A DNA stretch of 50,377 nucleotides from Atractiella rhizophila (taxonomy: Eukaryota): the NCBI GenBank assembly GCA_021432655.1, contig MU271270.1, positions 62,001 through 112,377 on the forward strand. Reading direction: 5' to 3'. Under the pieces are notes generated by a model. The model did not search any database. It was given only the letters and a program-made list of their open reading frames with translations, and was not told the DNA's origin. Positions within the stretch are counted from its first letter, which is position 1. Each line of letters begins with the position of its first letter. This document shows positions 10,097 to 22,483 of this stretch, piece after piece. Both the position numbers and the translations under genes were made by a program.

Positions 10097-13000
10097 ATGT
10101 CTTCCACCTCAAACGTAAAACAAGCACCTTCATTCTCTTCCTTTCCATCCAGTTCGAATTCCTACAGCGGTCAAACATCAAGCTCACGGCAAGTCCCTGT
10201 CAAACGAGCAGCTCCTTCTTTCGGCTCGTTTCCCGCGCCTAATTTGGAGCAAGAAAAAGCAGTGAGTTTTATCGAAGACGCTATACTCGAGAAGGAGGAG
10301 TTACGGAGGAAGGCGTCGTCAAAGTCAAAGGGGAAGGAAAGAGACTTTCATGACAAGGAATGGAGGAGAGAGAAAGAGGACCGTAAGGAGAAAAAGAAGA
10401 AACATAAGCGAACTGGCGAGGATAGGGATGGAGAGCGAGAGAAGAAAAGGAGGAGGAAGGATGAAGAGAAAAAACCGGAGGAAGTAGTCCTTGGAGGGAA
10501 CGATTGGTTCTTGGATCGTTTTGGAATGAAGGGGGAGCCAGACTATCTTAAGATTCCGGGCTATTACAGGGTCGGGAGTCTGTATTTCTACTGCCATAAA
10601 GATACAAAGACTGACAAGAAACGAGCAGGGGGACTCATACTTGGCCTTTCCACAAAATGGAGGTACTCTCGTCAGCAGCCATCAAATCTAACTCGATACT
10701 ACTTATCCGTTGAAAAATCGCATTCAAATGTGCGTCAGGTCTCATTCTCATCTCCAAAGAAGCCTTTCAAACTGATGGTTGTGGGCAGACGCCACGCTTT
10801 TATGAAGTACCATTACGTTTGGCGTCCGAAGCAATTCCTCTTCTTCCCTCTAGTTCCGAACTCCATCGTCCCGCACCAACAATTACAGAAGAATTCATTG
10901 CTCTCCCCCGCGTCAAAACGCTGCAAGACAAGATTTCATCGCTCGAGCATGAAGAAGGCCAAGATTATCGCTCACTTTCCGGGTTCGTCAAGACTGGCGA
11001 GATCCCAGAGGAGGAATGGTCTGGCGAGTCTTCAGAGGAGTACGGTACTGAAGAAGAAGAGATTGGAAAGAAAAGAAAGCAGAAGAATGCGAAGACACTA
11101 GAAGAGGAGGAGTTTGAGATGAGGCGAAGAAGGAAAAACGCCGACTTTGACAAGCGATTGAAGGAGTCAAATCGAAAGGACGTGGTGACTTATTTGGAGA
11201 TGCTAGAGTTTCAGGATGAAATTTTGGCACACTCGATTTCGAGAGGAAAGAAATGGAAGAAGAAGAATGGCGGTGAAGGCCTGGTGACGATGAGGGCGAC
11301 GCTTGAGATCAAAATGTCGATTGCAGAGGAGGCGTTGCGGTACAACCCGGACTCAATACCGCTCATTCTTGCCTACCTCTCTGTCTATGCAGAGTCAAAT
11401 CTTGAAAACAATGAACCCACCGGAGACGAGGGGGATAAGGTGTTGGATAAGTGGAAACACTTCCTCAGGCGGCACACCAATTCGATTGACCTTTGGATGA
11501 AGTTCCTCGACTGGAATCAAACCCAGTTTAAGAACTTTAATGTCGTCACGCTTGGAGAACGGTTTGGAGAATGCATCGAACTCCTCAAGAATAAGATCTG
11601 GCAGCTCCCTCGGGAACGCACGACTGAAAGAGATGACCTAGAAGCAAATATGCTTTACATCTTCTTGAGGTGGTGTATCGTCCTCAGGGAAGCAGGTTTG
11701 TTTTCTTCCTCATGCTCCCTTAGGACATGTAGTGATACACTTTTGCAAACAGGGTACCCTGAACGAGCAATCTACTCCTTTCAGTCTCTTTTTGAACTCA
11801 CATTCCATCGCCCACCCAATCTCTATGGAATTTGGTATAAGAAACGCTTTGAAGATGCTCTGGAGCAACTCGAAGGTTTTATGGACTCTGGTCTTCCACG
11901 GTTTGGAAACCCAAACGCTGCGCCGTGGTCCGAATACGTTGCCAAAAAAATGGCTCTCCCGTCCTCTGTCACAGTTGAAGAGCAAGGGAACATCTCTCCT
12001 GCTTTCGACTCAACAGACGAAGTCGAGTTCTGGTACCGACGCGAAACATGGCTTAGTCGCAACTTACAGCTCCCACTTAATGTCTCAGAGGAGGAGAAGA
12101 GTGCCGGAGACGTCCAGCGCATCGTGCTCTTCGACGATGTGAAGGGAATGATGATCCCCATCGAAGGTGCAGAAGGGAAGGTTCAGCTTTGCTACGCTGT
12201 TCTTAAGTTCTTGGGGCTGCCATTCATTCCCCCTGACGTACCTACAGACAACAAGGCTATCAGGGATCCATTTCTTCATTTTGAATTCACCAGGCCGTCT
12301 CTCCAAAGTGCTTTTTGGACAGATGGCGGCGCTTCGCATAATCCTCTCGAGGAGGCACCGTTCAAGGTCCCATTCAAAATCTTTCCCATGCAACTCGATA
12401 ACCTCTTCATCTCATTGACAACGACTGGACCATCTTGGTTTTCGTTCCTTGACAAGAACTATCTCAGCGATATTTCCATCGCCTTCGTGAGGTGAGGATC
12501 AAGTTACCTCTAGAGCGAGAGCTTAATATGACATAGGAACGTCTTCGAGCAATTGGAGCTCTTGAAACAAGACTTCTTCATCACAATCTCGCATCTCTCG
12601 TTTGAAGCAGCACTTGATAGCAAGAAGTGAGCGCTGATTTCATGTCCTATAGTACCACTTAATTGACGAATTGGCTATAGGTCTATCAAGCTTGCGAAGC
12701 AGATCCTCAAGTCCGATCGAGACAACCTGCTCCTCTGGGACTGCTATGCAAGAATGGAGAGACAACGAGGAAAGGTTCAAGATGCACGAAATGTGTACGC
12801 TACGGCGATTAGCTTGAAGAGGTCAGATGGTGATATTCCTCTCCTCTTTCGATCGTGGGCGGAAATGGAGTGGGAGCTTGGTAACGATGCAGTCGGTTTC
12901 GAAGTGCTTCTTGCTCAGACAGGATGCTCCCAACATCAGGGCGACATCTGTAAGCATCCTTATGCGCTAGGTTCATTTACTAATGGCCGTGATAACAGCG

Positions 13001-16000
13001 AACATCCATCAGCATGCTGGAAAGAGCAAACCATCTTCCGTTTCCATCCTGCAAGCTCGGCAGAGGTTTACAGACCTGTTAACCGCAACCTACATTTCAG
13101 ATCAAGAAAAAGATACAAAGACTGACAGGAAACGAGCAGGGGGACTCATACTTGGCCTTTCCACAAAATGGAGGTACTCTCGTCAGCAGCCATCAAATCT
13201 AACTCGATACTACTTATCCGTTGAAAAATCGCATTCAAATGTGCGTCAGGTCTCATTCTCATCTCCAAAGAAGCCTTTCAAACTGATGGTTGTGGGCAGA
13301 CGCCACGCTTTTATGAAGTACCATTACGTTTGGCGTCCGAAGCAATTCCTCTTCTTCCCTCTAGTTCCGAACTCCATCGTCCCGCACCAACAATTACAGA
13401 AGAATTTATTGCTCTCCCCCGCGTCAAAACGCTGCAAGACAAGATTTCATCGCTCGAACATGAAGAAGGCCAAGATTATCGCTCACTTTCCGGGTTCGTC
13501 AAGACTGGCGAGATCCCAGAGGAGGAATGGTCTGGCGAGTCTTCAGAGGAGTACGGTACTGAAGAAGAAGAGATTGGAAAGAAAAGGAAGCAGACGAATG
13601 TGAAGACACTAGAAGAGGAGGAGTTTGAGATGAGGCGAAGAAGGAAAAATGCCGACTTTGACAAGCGATTGAAGGAGTCAAATCGAAAGGACGTGGTGAC
13701 TTATTTGGAGATGCTAGAGTTTCAGGATGAAATTTTGGCACACTCGATTTCGAGAGGGAAGAAATGGAAGAAGAAGAATGGAGGTGAAGGCCTGGTGACG
13801 ATGAGGGCGACGCTTGAGATCAAAATGTCGATTGCAGAGGAGGCGTTGCGGTACAACCCGGACTCAATACCGCTCATTCTTGCCTACCTCTCTGTCTATG
13901 CAGAGTCAAATCTTGAAAACAATGAACCCACCAGAGACGAGGGGGATAAGGTGTTGGATAAGTGGAAACACTTCCTCAGGCGGCACACCAATTCGATTGA
14001 CCTTTGGATGAAGTTCCTCGACTGGAATCAAACCCAGTTTAAGAACTTTAATGTCGTCACGCTTGGAGAACGGTTTGGAGAATGCATCGAACTCCTCAAG
14101 AATAAGATCTGGCAGCTCCCTCGGGAACGCACGACTGAAAGAGATGACCTAGAAGCAAACATGCTTTACATCTTCTTGAGGTGGTGTGTTGTCCTCAGGG
14201 AAGCAGGTTTGTTTTCTTCCTCATGCTCCCTTAGGACATGTAGTGATACACTTTTGCAAACAGGGTACCCTGAACGAGCAATCTACTCCTTTCAGTCTCT
14301 TTTTGAACTCACATTCCATCGCCCACCCAATCTCTATGGAATTTGGTATAAGAAACGCTTTGAAGATGCTCTGGAGCAACTCGAAGGTTTTATGGACTCT
14401 GGTCTTCCACGGTTTGGAAACCCAAACGCTGCGCCGTGGTCCGAATACGTTGCCAAAAAAATGGCTCTCCCGTCCTCTGTCACAGTTGAAGAGCAAGGGA
14501 ACATCTCTCCTGCTTTCGACTCAACAGACGAAGTCGAGTTCTGGTACCGACGCGAAACATGGCTTAGTCGCAACTTACAGCTCCCACTTAATGTCTCAGA
14601 GGAGGAGAAGAGTGCCGGAGACGTCCAGCGCATCGTGCTCTTCGACGATGTGAAGGGAATGATGATCCCCATCGAAGGTGCAGAAGGGAAGGTTCAGCTT
14701 TGCTACGCTGTTCTTAAGTTCTTGGGGCTGCCATTCATTCCCCCCGACGTACCTACAGACAACAAGGCTATCAGGGATCCATTTCTTCATTTTGAATTCA
14801 CCAGGCCGTCTCTCCAAAGTGCTTTTTGGACAGATGGCGGCGCTTCGCATAATCCTCTCGAGGAGGCACCGTTCAAGGTCCCATTCAAAATCTTTCCCAT
14901 GCAACTCGATAACCTCTTCATCTCATTGACAACGACTGGACCATCTTGGTTTTCGTTCCTTGACAAGAACTATCTCAGCGATATTTCCATCGCCTTCGTG
15001 AGGTGAGGATCAAGTTACCTCTAGAGCGAGAGCTTAATATGACATAGGAACGTCTTCGAGCAATTGGAGCTCTTGAAACAAGACTTCTTCATCACAATCT
15101 CGCATCTCTCGTTTGAAGCAGCACTTGATAGCAAGAAGTGAGCGCTGATTTCATGTCCTATAGTACCACTTAATTGACGAATTGGCTATAGGTCTATCAA
15201 GCTTGCGAAGCAGATCCTCAAGTCCGATCGAGACAACCTGCTCCTCTGGGACTGCTATGCAAGAATGGAGAGACAACGAGGAAAGGTTCAAGATGCACGA
15301 AATGTGTACGCTACGGCGATTAGCTTGAAGAGGTCAGATGGTGATATTCCTCTCCTCTTTCGATCGTGGGCGGAAATGGAGTGGGAGCTTGGTAACGATG
15401 CAGTCGGTTTCGAAGTGCTTCTTGCTCAGACAGGATGCTCCCAACATCAGGGCGACATCTGTAAGCATCCTTATGCGCATACTAATGGCGGTGATAACAG
15501 CGAACGTCCATCAGCATGCTGGAAAGAGCAAACCATCTTCCGTTTCCATCCTGCAAGCTCGGCAGAGGTTTACAGACCTGTTAACCGCAACCTACATTTC
15601 AGATCAAGACATGTCTCTGCGTCGAAATCGTACTAATATCTGTATCTCTCGAGCTTTGTTCCTCTATCTGTGGCGCAAGAGTCCGGAGGAAGTTGAGGAC
15701 GAAATCGAGCAGCACATCCAACGTCTTCGAGCTTTGGAAGACCCCGCTACTGGGGTCGAAGAGGAAGAAGTTTCGGTTTGGTATGCAAAGTTCATGTGGT
15801 ACCTGGAGAAAGAGAAAACCGGCTTCGACCGCTCGCAAGTGAGGTCATTCTTGGAGAAGGCGATTGATAGGTGGCCAAATAACACCATCTTCCTCACCTT
15901 GTTTCTGAGAAATGAAGGTGAACTTTTCTGTTCTCCATTTTTGCGTCGTGTTGACATGTCATCGTCTAGTTCGTTCTAGTTACCACAACCGCTTTCCCAA

Positions 16001-16715
16001 ACTCCTCGAATCGAAAGTGTTGAACAAGGAGAAGGTAAACGTCCAAGGCTGGCTATTCGCCATCTACGCCGAAATGCACATGCGACCGCAGAGCTACAGC
16101 CCAGATTCAGTGCGTCATTTATTTGAGAGAGCGCTGAAAAACAACTCGAAGTACGTCTCCATTCCCATCCTCCCTCCCAATCAGTGACTGTCTTAATGTG
16201 GTGCACGCCAGGACTGGGTCGAACCTCGCTTTGTGTATGTTATGGATCGAGTTTGAGATCCGACAACTCCATACCAGTCATCGTGCCGATCCTCGAAGGG
16301 TGAAAGAGGCCATCAATGTAGCCATACAGAACTGTCCATGGTGCAAAGGTAAGCAAACGCTTCTTTCCTGCCAATTAAAACAGTAACAAGTCTTGCAATA
16401 GACCTTTATCTCTATCCCTTCTCCCCTGAGCTCCGACACATTTTCGATTCCAGTGAACGGATACGGTTCTACGACAACATGTTGCACAAAAAGATTCGAA
16501 TTCGCACCGAAATTGAAGATTTGATACCTGGTTTCAGAGATGTCGACGAAGTGGAAGAGGAGGAGACTTTCGAGCTCTCGATGGCTGTTCAAACCATTGA
16601 GGATTCTCGGGATGTGGAGGATGATTTGAAGGAGATTCGGAGATTGATGCCTTACGATGCTCAGGATAAGGTAATTGGGGGGGAAGGAGAAAGAATGGAT
16701 ACGCTCCCTACGTAG
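10097..16715 (+). CDS. NRDE2: NRDE2/Nrl1-family HAT-repeat protein (RNAi/splicing/exosome associated), carrying an internal 2.5-kb duplication as assembled
   Basis: N-terminal PSFSSFP motifs, YYRVGRGLILGL, EAGYPERAIYSFQSLFELTF, DVQRIVLFDDV, LWDCYARME..DARNVY, WPNNTIFL, AIQNCPWCKDLY and KKIRIR are characteristic of NRDE2. Confidence 0.9.
10598..15609 (+). repeat. Tandem duplication 1: 10598-13107 and 13109-15609 (inside NRDE2)
   Basis: Near-identical 558-aa ORFs offset by 2511 nt, with scattered SNPs and a 9-nt intronic indel. Junction A at 13108 matches neither flank. Confidence 0.97.
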
Positions 16716-16962
16716 CTAACTGATAACTTGTGTAAGAAATGATTGTATTCTGCACGGGGTACTTCTCAAGAACGAACGGGGAGGGTCACAATGAACGAGG
16801 AAAGTCACGCCCGCTTGAACATAGTCGACAAGGAAGGAAACACGAAAGTCCATCTCACAGAGGAAGACAGATTGGATGAATGCAGCAAACAGTCTGCTTG
16901 CATCCACCGTTGAACCCATTTGCCCATCATATGCACAATTAACCGGATCAGGTTGGAGTAAT

Positions 16963-18095
16963 TCATTTAGCTTCGAAGTCGACCACCGTTTCCTTCTTTC
17001 TCTCTCTCATGCCCTTAATCGCATTGGCACCGCTCGGCTGCTCGTCAACGGGAGAAGGAGGGGTTAATTCGAGCACGAAAGGGTTAAGGTCGAAATTGCG
17101 CGTGTCACGGCTAGAATCGGGGGTTGTGAGAGTGAGCTGAGGAGCACCGGTGGGCGAGGTGGATGCAGCGTATGTTGCGCTCGTGCTCGCCCTCTGAGAA
17201 GTCTGGATCGAAAGATCACCGGTGTATCGCCGCGTCTTCTTGTCTCCCGTCGTTCCATCCTCCTTTTCGTTCTTCGGCAGACCCGCTCCAGGGAACGCCT
17301 TCTTCCTCCGCCCATCCATTCTTCCGTCGAATGCCTCAAAATCCCTTACCCTCGCGAACCAGATATCCTTCCTGTGACGTCTGAACGATTGGTACACGCA
17401 GACACCAAGGAGATAGAGGAAGGAAAGGGAGATGGCGACGATGGCACAGGAGGAGAGGAAGAGGATGGCGATAAGGCCGCGACAGATGAAGTACTTCGTT
17501 GGGCAGTAGCTGAGCAATTGAGGAGTCTGATTGTGCAGAGTTCCTAGAGCACATTTCAGGTTCCCGCTGGCGACAGGAAGCAGGAGGAAACGCACCAGTT
17601 CCGCCAACATACATCACCCAGCAGATGGCGAGCCAGAGCAACTCAAACCAAATCTTCGTCACAAAGGTATTCTTGAGCACAGTGAAGCTAGCACCAATAT
17701 CAACCGATCGAGACAATTGGGGTCATGAAGACATTACGCACTTTGCAAAAACCAGCAAGACTGTCACGCAAGAGGCAACGATGATTTCTGCGTTCGCTAA
17801 CATCATCGAAATAGTCAGCCAATTATAAGCACGTTTAAATGAACCCCACATTTAAGAAATTCGCCCGAATTGACGAGCGAATAGTTCAGAACGGCAGAAG
17901 AGACTGCCAGGTCGGACTGTCCTTATAGATTAAGCTACTACCCAACTTGCAGAACGCAGACAAACTCACGATAGCGAATAAGGCGAGAAGCGTATACACG
18001 ACGGTGCGGGCTTTGGCCACTTTGTCGTGGGTGATCATATTCCAAATTTTGTTAGATTTATCCCACTGCATCCCAGCCAATCCTTCAATAACCAT
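16963..18095 (-). CDS. Four-TM MARVEL-like membrane protein (start uncertain)
   Basis: Exons give RTVVYTLLALFAI|SDLAVSSAVL..|EIIVASCVTVLLVFA|..KIWFELLWLAICWVMYVGG|..YCPTKYFICRGLIAILFLSSCAIVAISLSFLYLL. Four hydrophobic helices, a Cys pair in loop 2, and a polar tail. Confidence 0.65.
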
Positions 18096-18429
18096 GCCCT
18101 CCTCAGCCAATACTCAGAAACGGCGTACCTCGCTCCGCATGTTCGGTGGGTTGATATCCATGTTGCTGGGCATTTTGAGTGAGTGTATTTCTGGCTAAAG
18201 AGTGCTGGATGAGAAGGACCGTTCGAAGTATTGGGAAGCAAAGAAACTAATGAGAAATTGCAGAGAATCTAAGCGAATAGAACCTGAATCGTCGTTGTGG
18301 TGGAAAAGGAGGTTCAGTGGACGGAATCCCTCTTCCGCCATTCCGCCTCCCGATCCGCTCATGGAAGGCCAACGACTGGCAAGCACTTTAAGCAAGCTGT
18401 GGGCCATCCTGAGCCTTCGTACGACAAGA

Positions 18430-20311
18430 ATGACTGCCGTAGAGCACATTAGACCGTCTCCTCCTCCGATGGAGGAACATCCAACGAAAAAAATCAAGCT
18501 TGCCAGTGGCGTCGCGGCTGCAGTTAAGGTGGATGATTTCCCACAGAGAGGAAATTTGGATTTTAAGAATGGCTTGTTTTTGGCACCTATGGTTAGATGT
18601 GGTACTAGTGAGTGTCTTAACTCCTGCTAAATCATGGTTCTTGGTCAAAATCCGAAGTGCCAAAGTCATGCAAAAGTCTGCTCGTTGATTTTTGAGTGCC
18701 TTTGCCTCAGAATGAACGAATGAGTCGACAATGATTTGTCTGTAAACTGCGACAGCCTCGCAATTGGCGTTTAAGATGGCCATCATTGCAGCAGAAGGGC
18801 TTTGAGCTGATATCGTTTTCACTCTTCCCGTTACAACCACTATAGAGTGGGAAGTAGATACAAGTCTTGAAATTATTTCGGAAGTAGTAGCATAATCTGT
18901 TATTATTTTATTCAAAGTGTTTCTCACATTGGTTCCTGGGAAATAATGTCTTCATGAGAAGGGCGAACTAACCGGTTGCGCACCACTTCGTTACAGTGCC
19001 AACACGCTTGCTGTCTCTCGCATATGGCGCCGACCTTGTCTGGGGACCAGAAATCGTTGATCGCGCAATCATTGGCTCCAAACGGACAGTCGACGGTTCG
19101 TCCATCATTGGCCTGCACTCGTAGTTCTGACAGCACCTCACAGAGAAGACTGGCGTAATCTCATATTGGAAACAAAGTGTCGACAGTCCCATATGGTCTT
19201 GCCATCCTTTGGAGAAGAAGCGATTGATATATCAGATCGGATCTGCTAATCCTGATCTTGCTCTTCAGGCTGCGGAGACCGTCATGCAGGACGTCAGTGG
19301 GATTGATCTTAATTGTGAGCTTTGCTTCGTGAAATTATTGATGAAAGCTAGTTTACGAGCGTAGTGTAGGTGGATGTCCGAAATCGTTTTCTGTTAAGGG
19401 CGGGATGGGAGCCGCCCTTCTTTCTGTACGTCCATCGCTCATATCTCTCTGAAGTAGTACTGATAACTGGTCAGACTCCAGACCTGCTTTGTAATGTATG
19501 CTTTGCCTCCTTCATGTTCGAATAACGCCAATGAGATTACGACCTACCAGATCCTCGAAAAGCTCACACGAAATCTTCCTACCCACCTGACAGTTTCCGC
19601 CAAAATCCGCCTCCTCGAATCCTCCACGGAAACACTCGCCCTCGTTTCAAAAATTCTCGCGACGGGTATCAATTGCCTCACCGTCCATTGTCGGACGAAA
19701 GACATGCGTCCACGGCACAAAGCGCTTACGGAACGACTAAAAGAAGTCGTCGATCACGTGAAGCAGTATAATAAGGAGAATGGGAAGACGATCGAGGTCG
19801 TCGCTAATGGGGATTGCTGGACTCAAGATGAAGTAGAGAATATTAAGAAGATTACAGGTGCGTTATTGCTCCCTACTGCAACTCAGTGCTGATCACAGAG
19901 GCAGGGGTGAGATCGATCATGATTGCTCGCGGAGGAGAAGCGAATCCTAGCTGTTTTCGCGCAGACGGTTTATTGGATCCAGAAACCGTTGTCATCCCAC
20001 GATATCTACGAATTGTTCGTTCAAACTTGACATTTTGGAGATGAATTAATTTATTTGTGAAGGTGCTCGCGACCAAACATCACTTTGGCAATGCTAAATA
20101 CTGCATCAACTCCATGGACCTTTCCGCCTCTCCGTCGCTCGCATCGAATACACCAGGTCTGAAGGAAAGGAGAGCAAGGATGAAGGAACAGCTGACAAAG
20201 TGTAAGACGCCAGAGGACCTATGTGAGCTCTTCTCTCTTCAGGATGAGGAGATAGAGGAGGCGAGGAATGCGAAGATTGAGGAGATTGTGCCTGAGCTGC
20301 TGAAATTATAA
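18430..20311 (+). CDS. DUS2: tRNA-dihydrouridine synthase, DUS2/SMM1-like
   Basis: LAPMVRCGT|MPTRLLSLAYGADLVWGPEIVD, IYQIGSA, GIDLNC|GCPKSFSVKGGMGAALL, SAKIRLL, LTVHCRT, VANGD, MIARGGEANPS. Confidence 0.92.
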
Positions 20312-20507
20312 CTCGCTATCGACATCTTTGTTCATAACGATAATGGATACATAACAAGAGCAGTTGTGTATTCTTCAGTACAAAGATCGCAAAGATAAAG
20401 ATATCGCAGAATGCCATCGTATTTGTGACAACGTCCGTCCTTCGGAGTGAGGAGTCAAACTGATGTATATCTATCCTCTAAACTTACTCGTCAGCTCCAC
20501 AGTACAG

Positions 20508-20947
20508 CCCCGCTTGATTTTGCTTTGTCCTACCCCGCACATTGCAGAAATCCTAGATTTCTTTCCTGGAGTCATCTACGCCTTAAATTCTGTTTCCACA
20601 GGGGTAGCTTCACTTTCTTGCACTTTCTGAGCTTCTTTGTCATCCTCCAAGACGCTCCGAAGCCTTCCCCGCGATGGGAGCAAAATCAGGGAGGGATGGG
20701 GAGCGGTCGGTTCCGTGCTAGAGGGCTGAACAAGGCCTGGGTAGTGACGGAATCATCTCTCTTTCTTTCTGGTGACGGACAATCTTGCTTGACGGAAAGT
20801 CTTCGCAACGCCCCTCACCCGGGGAATCTCCACATTTGGCCCTCAGGCCTTAATGATGCTGCTGTTAAAAGGCTCTCGCTATGCTGCCGAATTCCTCCAG
20901 GTCAATCTACCTCGCAATACTTTGACATTTAGGATCCTCTGCTGGAG
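20508..20947 (+). promoter_or_regulatory. Cluster of SYGGRG (CreA/Mig1-type) motifs upstream of the acetate transporter
   Basis: CCCCGC at 20508, 20533, 20667; CTGGAG at 20566, 20942; CCGGGG at 20819; CTCCAG at 20895. Confidence 0.4.
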
Positions 20948-20961
20948 CACTAATACAGAAA

Positions 20962-22303
20962 ATGGCGGCTGTTCCTCCTTCTGAAAATGGGCATCGCATG
21001 TCAACGGTCAAAGAGCCTCTCAGTGACACGGATAGCAATTCTCCTGGGGGACACGGATTGAGTGAGCTTTCCTGTTCTCTTTTCCTCACCTTAATTCTCA
21101 CACTTGTTTATAAGCTCGTCAATTGACGGTGACTTTGACGCCCGAGCAATACGAGCGCCTTTTCCTCCAGCCAGCAGGTACAGCACCTAGCCGAGGAGAC
21201 CTAGCGAAACGGTTTGGTAACCCTACAGTTCTGTATGATTTTTCATTATTGTGGAATGTAGGGTATCCTAATGGGGCTGAATAGTGGGCTTGCTGCCTTT
21301 TTGACATGGTGCGCCATCATCATCTCCTCCAGCAATAGAATCTGAGAGGAGAAAAGTTTGACTCCAACTTCCCTTGACCTCATGCTCTTCCGAGGGGCAA
21401 CGTCTGCGAGCCAAGCGACCTTGATTGGTGCGCAAGTTGCTCTGGGAGGTATCTGCATGTACTTGGCCGGAATAATGGAATGGATTTTGGGGAACACGTA
21501 TGTTTGCTTTCCCTCCAAGTGATACCGACCTTAAAATTTAAATTTGGAAAGGTTCCCTTTTGTGGTTTTCACTACCTTTGGAGGTAATTTGCTTACTCAA
21601 CTCCAAGAGGCAGCACTGACAGTCCTTTAACAGGTTATTGGCTCGCGGCGTACTTCCTCTTCGCTCCATCGCAATCGCTCGTTTCCGCTTTCGCTGAAGG
21701 AGCTGATTCGGTTCCGTATAATATTGGTCTTGGGTGCGTTGAAACCTCGCAGATGGGACCTCCACTCTGATACACCTCACAGTTACTACTTCCTGACTTG
21801 GGGCTTGTTGGTCTTTGTGTGAGTTTCATTCTCCCACCCCGACACCAGCTCATGCCGGAGGCAGTTACTTGATCGCGTCTCTTCGAACGTGAGTGCGACG
21901 AGATCCACAATCAAAAATGCTGACAGAACGTGAAGAAACGGCGTCTTTATTCTCCTCTTCTTCAGCTTGGACATCGGTTTTTTCCTTCTGACGGGGATAT
22001 ACTTTAACATCGTAGACGGTGGTTCTGTGGAAGGTATCACAAAGGCAGCGGGCGCTTGTTTCTTTGTCACCATCTTGGTGAGTTTCCCAACTGCCACTCA
22101 AAGTGTTGTACTGATCGTTCCATTGCAGTGTGGCTGGTGGTTGCTGTGAGTTGGAGCTTTTCTTGCACCGATTTCCGTTTGTTACAAGAACTAACAAAAA
22201 GCGCAGAATGGCGACTCTCTTTCCTATTGTCGAGCTCCCGATTCGACTTCCGGTCTTCGACACTTCCTCTTGGTTTGCTAGACCTAGGAAGACTAAGTCA
22301 TGA
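20962..22303 (+). CDS. GPR1/FUN34/YaaH (ATO/ADY2, AlcS-like) acetate transporter, mostly missed by the ORF track
   Basis: Spliced: MAAVPPSENGH..TLTPEQYERLFLQP..DLAKRFGNPTVLGLAAFL..LGGICMYLAGIMEWILGNT|FPFVVFTTFG|GYWL..YLIASLRT..AAGACFFV..GWW..LPIRLPVFDTS..*. Confidence 0.9.
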
Positions 22304-22483
22304 TTGATCGATGTTTGAATCAACATGACTTCATGAAGTGTGAAATGAAGTCAACGCTACTGTACTTTTTTCGTTACGAATTAATCTGATCGAGGCGAGA
22401 TTATCTTCTTCGTTGCTCTTGTCTTGAAATGCAATTTATCCACGGATTGACCTGCCTCACGTAGACCGATAAGACATGATAAT

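Noticed and set aside
20907..22326. Series of minus-strand ORFs
   Set aside because: Antisense shadows of the plus-strand acetate transporter.
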